From the human T2T-CHM13v2.0 reference genome, Homo sapiens: DNA of 64,000 nt. Numbering within the stretch: position 1 is the stretch's first letter; every line of letters starts with the position of its first letter. Shown piece by piece: positions 54,346 to 64,000 of this stretch. Both the position numbers and the translations under genes were made by a program. Location of the stretch: the NCBI RefSeq assembly GCF_009914755.1, contig NC_060936.1; one strand, written 5' to 3'. The notes under the pieces were generated by a model, which made no database searches, was not told the origin of the DNA, and saw only the letters and a program-made list of their open reading frames with translations.

Positions 54346-55798
54346 TTCTTGTCATGTAGTTATGAATCTTGAATAAAGCAAAAAGCTCTAGATTTTGGCT
54401 TGTTTGTCTTGTCCAATTCCCAATGGCCTGGTTGAAAAAACATTTTATTTGGGTCTAGAAAACTCAGCAAAGAATGATGTCACAGATGTTTCTCACCTCT
54501 GCTGTGTTTTAGCTGTAAGTAGATCAAGAAAGGAAAGCAAGACTAGAACTAATTGCTCATCAAGAAAGGATTTACAAATATAAGTGGTTCTGATACACAT
54601 TTAAATTAGATTACATTTAACGACAGGTTTTGTAAATGAAGTTAATTTGAAAGGGCACACAGTCATTGGGTTTAATCTGTAAACAGCTATCATCCTTCCT
54701 CCTCCATCCAGTTTCTGGTAAATAAAAGTTACTCTTCTAGAAGAGTATTTACTTGCATGTTGCCCATGCTGTCTGTCAGTGGCAGCTGCTGGGTCGGTTT
54801 ATAAGGGGATGCTACCTGGTTAGGGACGAAGCTCATATTTTTGCAGTTTTCCTATGGACCAGAAAATATTGACAAAGGAGAAGGAAATAAGATTTTCTGC
54901 TTGCTTTTGCCCTTATAATAGTTTAAATTGTTTTTTTAATTTTGTTTTTTTCTTTCTGAATTAAATTATGGTTTAGCCACTTGAACTACTAAAATTAAAA
55001 AATAAAACTAGAAATAAGACTTCTTTATTATAGTTGCTGCTGAATAGGAACTGTGTCTCCCATTATGCAGTGAACCTATTGTCTGAAAAAGACCCACTAC
55101 ATCCAACAGTTAACTGAGATAATTTCTAAAAATAATGGAGTAAGAGCATAACTGACTAATTTAGCAAACTCCTTGACAAAAATTCCAAGTTCATTTTGAT
55201 GAGAGAAGGCAAAAATAGAGATTAAAATATGCACGCTATTTAAATATTTATGGAAAAGTCAGTGTCTTGCCCTGACTAAATTTCTGAGATTTCTTTAATA
55301 ATATGTGTGACTATTTACGTAGCATGTAACCTTTTATTCTAAGTGTTTTTCCATTCACAATTGTGTTTGCCTCTTCATGAGTACTATGTGATATAAATAG
55401 GGCAAGCAATATTATCTTCAGTTTAGAAATGAAGAAATTGAGATCCTGAGATGACAGTGACCTACCTGAGTCTGTCCTCTAGCAAGAATTAGAATCTGGG
55501 TCTTCTGACATCATCAGGGATTTTTCTCATATACTCTGTGGATGTTTCACTTTTGTTGGATTGCTTCTGGAAGAACTGTAAGGTTTTATTCTGTGTGTAT
55601 TTTGTAAATTGTTCACCAGCTCTCCCATTTCTGCCATTATAAAGACACTCCTAATGAATTATGCATCAGCTTTTGACTTAAAAAAGAAAAATCAAAGGAC
55701 TTGGATTTAAGTAGTATTCTCACACAGAAACATACTACTTCTTACTTGCCTTTCTTTTCCCCTAAAATTGTGAAAGAATGATTTAAATACTAATGTGA

Positions 55799-56307
<509 letters not shown>

Positions 56308-56923
56308 TCAGAATGCTGCTGCCTCAAGAATATCTGATTTACTAAACAGAGAAACAGATAGTTTTAAAGAAAAAGTAGCTTCATTAACATTAAAAAATTC
56401 TGGGTCTTTCCCCTTGATTTTACTCAGTGTCAGTAAAATCCATCTTAAGAAACAAAGTGGATTTCAACCTTTCTGCCTCAAGTTATTGTCATTGGGATTT
56501 AACATGTTCCATTCAACTTTTCTGTAAAACTGTAGTTTTTTCATGGAAAAATGTCTATTCATAGCTTCATAGTACCTAGCACAGAGCCTGACACATAGTA
56601 GGCACTCATTAGTTACATTTATGCCACATCAATAAATTAGGATTCAGTTGATCATCATTTGACTTAAAGGAGAAACATAATCACACAAGTAAAGAGACGA
56701 TTTTAACTATAGTAATTATTGGCCCTCAGGCTCATAGTTTGGTGTCGGAGAGGGTTTGATCATGAGAGTGGTGCAATAAACCTACTCAAAACCAGGGACT
56801 CTCCTAGTGGTTGGAAAGCTTGAGGTGTAACAGTTTCTATTTTAATTTAGGAGCTCCAACCGCAGCTTTCTGAGCCCTGTTAGTTATGGTTATGCAAGGC
56901 TTCCTGAGAGTTAAGATCTAATA

Positions 56924-57275
56924 AAGGTTTATTATCTCTCCCTTACCTGAAATGCTTGGAACTAAAAATATTTCTGATTTTGGATTTTTTTGGATTTTGG
57001 AATATTCGCACATACATCATGAGGTACTGGGGATGGGACCTATGTCTAAACATGAAATTCATTTATGTTTCATGTACACCTCATATACATAGATTGAAAG
57101 TAATTTTATTTTTCTCTTGGGAATGCTGAATAAACTGTACCTGCATTTTGACTATGGCCTGTCACATGAGGTCAGGTGTGGAATTTTCCACTTGTAGCAT
57201 CATGTTGGCACTCAAATATTTCAGATTTTGGAGCATATTGGATTTTAGATTTTCAGATTTGGTATGCTCAACCTA
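56924..57275 (-). mobile_element. Tigger4/MER46 (Zombi) element
   Basis: cctta.ctgaaatgcttgg..ggattttggaatatt..ttttggagcat..gatttt.agattt..tatgctcaacct; TA flanks. Confidence 0.85.
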
Positions 57276-57412
57276 TATGGCCTTTCCTGCATTACCAAAC
57301 CAAAGCATAGGCTAGAGTACATTCCAAAGCATCTAGGACTTCTGAAAACACACCTAGCCTACTCTGTGTACTACAGGGCTGCTGGTGTGAGCAGAGTATT
57401 GGCTTTCTAGCT

Positions 57413-57480
57413 AAAGAACCACCTGAGTTCCAGCCCCACTTTGTCAAAAGAACCACCTGAAATTCAGCCCCATTTTGTCA
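57413..57480. repeat. 34-bp tandem duplication in a MIR
   Basis: aaagaaccacctga..t.cagcccca.tttgtca occurs at 57413 and 57447. Confidence 0.9.
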
Positions 57481-57842
57481 TTTATCCAGGGTGACCCTGG
57501 ATAAACCACTTAATTTTTCTGACTTCTGATTTCCTTGTCAGTAAAATGGGGATACAAAGAACTTCTGGATTTGTTTTAAGAGTTAGAGATAATATCTGCA
57601 AGATGCCCTGGGGAAAGAAATTTTGTCTGGTTTCTCTCTGACACAGCTCACGTTTGAGCATAGGGCATTGAGACTGTGCAAGGCAAACTAGAAATTCAGA
57701 AACAATCATTTATTAACTTTGGAGCCCTAAATGTGAGTACCACGGCATGCATTAAGAATCCTTCATTACATTATGAGGAATGAAGGGAGATGTTGGTTTT
57801 AAATAGGAGGAACATAACAATTAATGCTGCTTATTAGACTTG

Positions 57843-58207
57843 TGATATGGTTTGGCTCTCTGTCCCCACTCAAATCTCATCTCGAATTGTATATGTATAA
57901 CCCCCCGTGTTGAGGGAGGAACCTAGTGGGAGATGATTAGATCATGGGGACTGTTTCCCCCATGCTGTTCTAGTGATAGTGAGTGAGTTCTCATGAGATC
58001 TGATGGTTTAAAAGTGGCAGTTCCCCTGCGCTCTCTCTCTCCTACTGCCTTGTGAAGAAGGTGCTTGCCTCTTCACCTTCCACCATGATTGTAAGTTTCC
58101 TGAGGCCTCCCCATGCTTGAGGAACTGTGAGTCAATTAAACTTTTTTGTTTAAAAATTATCCAGTCTCAGGTGGTTCTTTATAGATGTGTGAAAACGGAC
58201 TAATACA
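57843..58207 (+). mobile_element. THE1D-like solo LTR
   Basis: tgatatggtttggctc..acggactaataca; TSD ACTTG. Confidence 0.93.
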
Positions 58208-59052
58208 ACTTGGAAAGACTTACAACCAGTTGTCAGGTTTATTTTCCATCATTCCGTCTTCTCAAAATAGGTTGGTGTGATTCTCTGAAAACATGGCCAT
58301 TATTGAATAATGTTACTGTCTTATATTTTGTTTCTTATAGATAGCAGTATCAGTATACTTTTCCATAGAAAATACTGTGTGACTTCATGACCTTGGTGAC
58401 AATTTTATGTTTGTACAATAAACACATTTCTGCTGTGAGGGATGATACATGCAGGCTGTAGGGCATCAGGCGATCAGGGGATGTGAAGGTAATTGTAGGC
58501 TGATCACTGTAGGCTGAACACCTCAAATTTTTGAGAGCTTGTCCTATTAATTATCCAAAATTTCTGAGCATTCTTTTCTAGCAGTAGGAGAGTAAGAAAT
58601 TATAAATTTGATTTTGATTAAGAGGCCTTTCTCCTTTTTCAACAGTGTTGATTTTTAAAAAGTCTTAAAAAAAAAACAAAAAAACTATCAGTAGAGAATA
58701 TTTTTAGAAGACATCCAGATATCCAGGTTTGGAAGTGGAGGGTTAGGGGATACTTTTTTTTCCTCCAAAAATACCTTGCTAATCTGTATAACCAAAGTAA
58801 GTTTTCTTTTGACCCAGTCACTTTTCTAGACTTATTTTATATTTTCTGTCAGCTTCTAATGCCTAAAGGAGTTTTTGTTAGATGTGAATTTATTTTTAAT
58901 ATTAATTTTTTATTGGACAGGTCACTTTAGAAAATTGAAATTACAGTTTATGAATCACATTTTGGGATGGATAGTCTACAAGATTCTTATTTCCATTAAT
59001 ACTTTGATATCATAAAAAGAAAAATAAAATCCCAATTGTTAATGGTGCACAC

Positions 59053-59813
59053 TATCAACAAAGAGTCAAATTCTGTAAAATATTTGGAGAGATTTATTCT
59101 GAGCCAAATATGAGTGACCATGGCCCATGACACAGCCCACAGTCCTGAGAACATGTGCCAAGGTGGTTGGGGTGCAGCTTGGTTTTATACATGTTAGGGA
59201 GGCATGAGATGTCAATCAGATACACTTGATAAATACATTGGTTTGGTCCAGAAACATGGGACAGTTCGAAACCAGGGGTGGGTGGGGCATCCAGGTAATA
59301 GGTAAATTTAAACATTTTCTAGTTTACAATGGGTTGGGTTTGTCTAAAGACCTGGGATTAATAGAAAGGAAATGTTCGGATTAAGATAAAAGACTGTGGA
59401 GACCAAGGTTCTTTTGAAGCCTCATAGTGGCTGCCCTTAGAGGTGACAAATGTTTCCCTTTCACACCTTTAAAAGGTGCTAGACTCTCAGTTAATCTCTT
59501 CAAGATTGGGAGGGCTTGGAAGAAAATGATCTAGTTATGTTAATAGAGATTCTTTACAGATGCAAATTTTCCCCCACAAAGGACCACTTTGCAGGGCCAT
59601 TTCAAAATAAGGCAAAGAAACATGTTTTGGGGTAAAATATTTTGATTTTTTCTTTGTCACATAATGTTATTCTAGAGTCAGATTGGAAAGTAAGCCGTGA
59701 TATATAGGGTGAAATAAACCCATCTGATGAGAATTTATGATTTGTAGGGCATGACTCCCTAGACCCCTCAGATAGGAATTTGGGCAAACTAAAAACAATC
59801 AGTTTAGTTCTCA
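59053..59813 (-). mobile_element. MER4-family ERV1 solo LTR
   Basis: gagatttattctgagccaaatatgagtgacca..gtagggcatgactccc..gataggaatttgggcaa..agtt.tca; 4-bp TSD ACAC. Confidence 0.85.
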
Positions 59814-60126
59814 ACACAGATTAAGATTAAAAACACAGGGTACATCATAGATGACTTAATAGTATGCATGAAGCATACCTACCAGATGATAATGAGATGG
59901 TAATGACACTTGTGGTTCTTTTTCCTAGCAAAAAGACATTCTTTGTGTTTTTCTTATGTGCCAGGTGTTGGGCTAGACACTTTACATATACTTTCTCCAC
60001 CAGAGACTTTTCAGTGATGCTGGTAGGAAGGTTATGTTATTTGCATGTTTTACAAATAGGGAAATTGAAGCTTGGAGATGATAGGGATTTTCCTTTTGGT
60101 CACATAGCTAGAAAGTGGCAAAGCCA

Positions 60127-60480
<354 letters not shown>

Positions 60481-60992
60481 CTACTGTACTGCCTTTGAAT
60501 TGCTGTGTATCCTTAGAAAAGCCCCTTTTCTTTCCTGAGCCACAGTTGAGTGACCTGTTAAATAAGGAAAACTAGATGTTTTCTTTGTTCCCCTTCTAAT
60601 TCTGATCTTTTGTGTTGGAACTTTAAAACTAATTGAAAAAAAAAACAACCAGAAAACTTATAATGTTTATTTTCTTTCTCCCATTATAGAAAATAGAAAA
60701 GAAGAATAATTAAGCTGTAATTCTACCACCTCAGTATAGAATCAGTCTTAACCTTTCTTCTAGTCTTTTTTCCTTTTCCGTGTATGTATCGATATATTTA
60801 TTTTACTGAGATTAAAATTACATCACATATATAACCATTTGTATTCTGCTTGTTGGGCTTCGGATTTTCAATATGATTCTCTGTTATTGGTGAGACTGAA
60901 TCTTTTCCAGAGCTACCCTGACCCCTGACTGGAAAGGTTGGGATCATTCCCAAGACTAGAGGATTCATAACTTAAAATTTTCTGTTTTTTTA

Positions 60993-61260
<268 letters not shown>

Positions 61261-61953
61261 TTCTTTTGAAATCCAACTTTCACCTGGAAACCTGGGTGCA
61301 GGGAAAGAGACCACTCCATTATATAACTCCACTAGAAAGTACTACCAATTGAAGGATAGTCTAAGAAAGGCCAAAAAAAAGAGAGAAGGAAATGGCAGAT
61401 TACTAGATAGCTGAACAGGTTATATCTGGTAAGCACTTTCATGTCTGTTATTTTGGTGTCTCCTTTTAACACTCTTGAGGTATAGTTTCAAGAGGGTAAG
61501 TCAAGGATATGAGGTCCCTTACATCGTGGCAGAGCCATGGCTGAATATGCAGTCTTCCTCTCTTACACTGTTCTTCCTGTGGTACCAGGCAGTTTCAAGC
61601 ATTTGCAATGCACACATTAGAATTGCGCACATTAGAATAGCTGGGAATGGCAGGCCCCACTGCTGTTCCCCAACAACTGCTTACTTGGTTAGGTAGGGTG
61701 CCTGGTTCTCTGCTGGCCCTCTGCTTGTGAGAGCTTAGGTAATAGAGATGAGTCCTATTCTGTTTTTTATTTTTGGTACCCCAGAGCCTGGTATACAATA
61801 GGAGGAACTCTTACTTAAAATTAATTTATGATTATTTAAGTTTCTTAGTTTTTATAAAAAGGTTTTTTTTTGTTTTTGTTTTTGTTTAATTGATCTTTCT
61901 CATTTGAAAAATCAAAAGTACCTGAAGGCTTTTAATGGAAAACAGCAGACCCA

Positions 61954-63847
<1,894 letters not shown>

Positions 63848-64000
63848 TCATCCACTCCCTATCTTATATAAAAAACAACCACTTTAATCTCTTGGGCTTT
63901 TCTTCTGCTATTGGAATAATAATAAGAGTGTAGTCTGGGGGTCACTCAGACTTGAGTTCAAGCTTTGCTAGTTATCAGTATGTGCCCTCCAAAAAGAAGT

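Overview
Primate (most likely human) genomic DNA, AT-rich and repeat-dense, with one CpG island (~19.95-21.45 kb). The island holds the promoter, 5'UTR and first coding exon of TMTC2, an ER protein O-mannosyltransferase. The CDS runs 21116-21198 on the + strand, reads MIAELVSSALGLALYLNTLSADFCYDD(S) and ends at a GT donor. It is too short for the ORF track. Everything after 21198 appears to be intron 1; I found no exon 2. The first ~19 kb is intergenic. The rest is Alus, MaLR/ERV1 solo LTRs, L1/L2/MIR fragments, DNA-transposon fossils and local tandem duplications. Almost all ORFs in the track are repeat or GC artefacts. I found no evidence of a new multi-gene system. Best leads: (i) a stacked translational-control module in the TMTC2 leader, with two strong-Kozak micro-uORFs, a 1-nt-loop G-quadruplex and an out-of-frame overlapping ORF whose product starts with a signal-peptide-like segment; (ii) a sense, full-length LTR12C nested in an Alu that could drive transcripts lacking the exon-1 DD motif; (iii) a MER85 with an intact PGBD3-binding palindrome; (iv) a young AluYg6-like insertion; (v) a trimeric Alu; (vi) a hAT transposase fossil carrying a perfect 20-bp palindrome. 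Repeat subfamily names come from recalled consensus sequences, not from a search.
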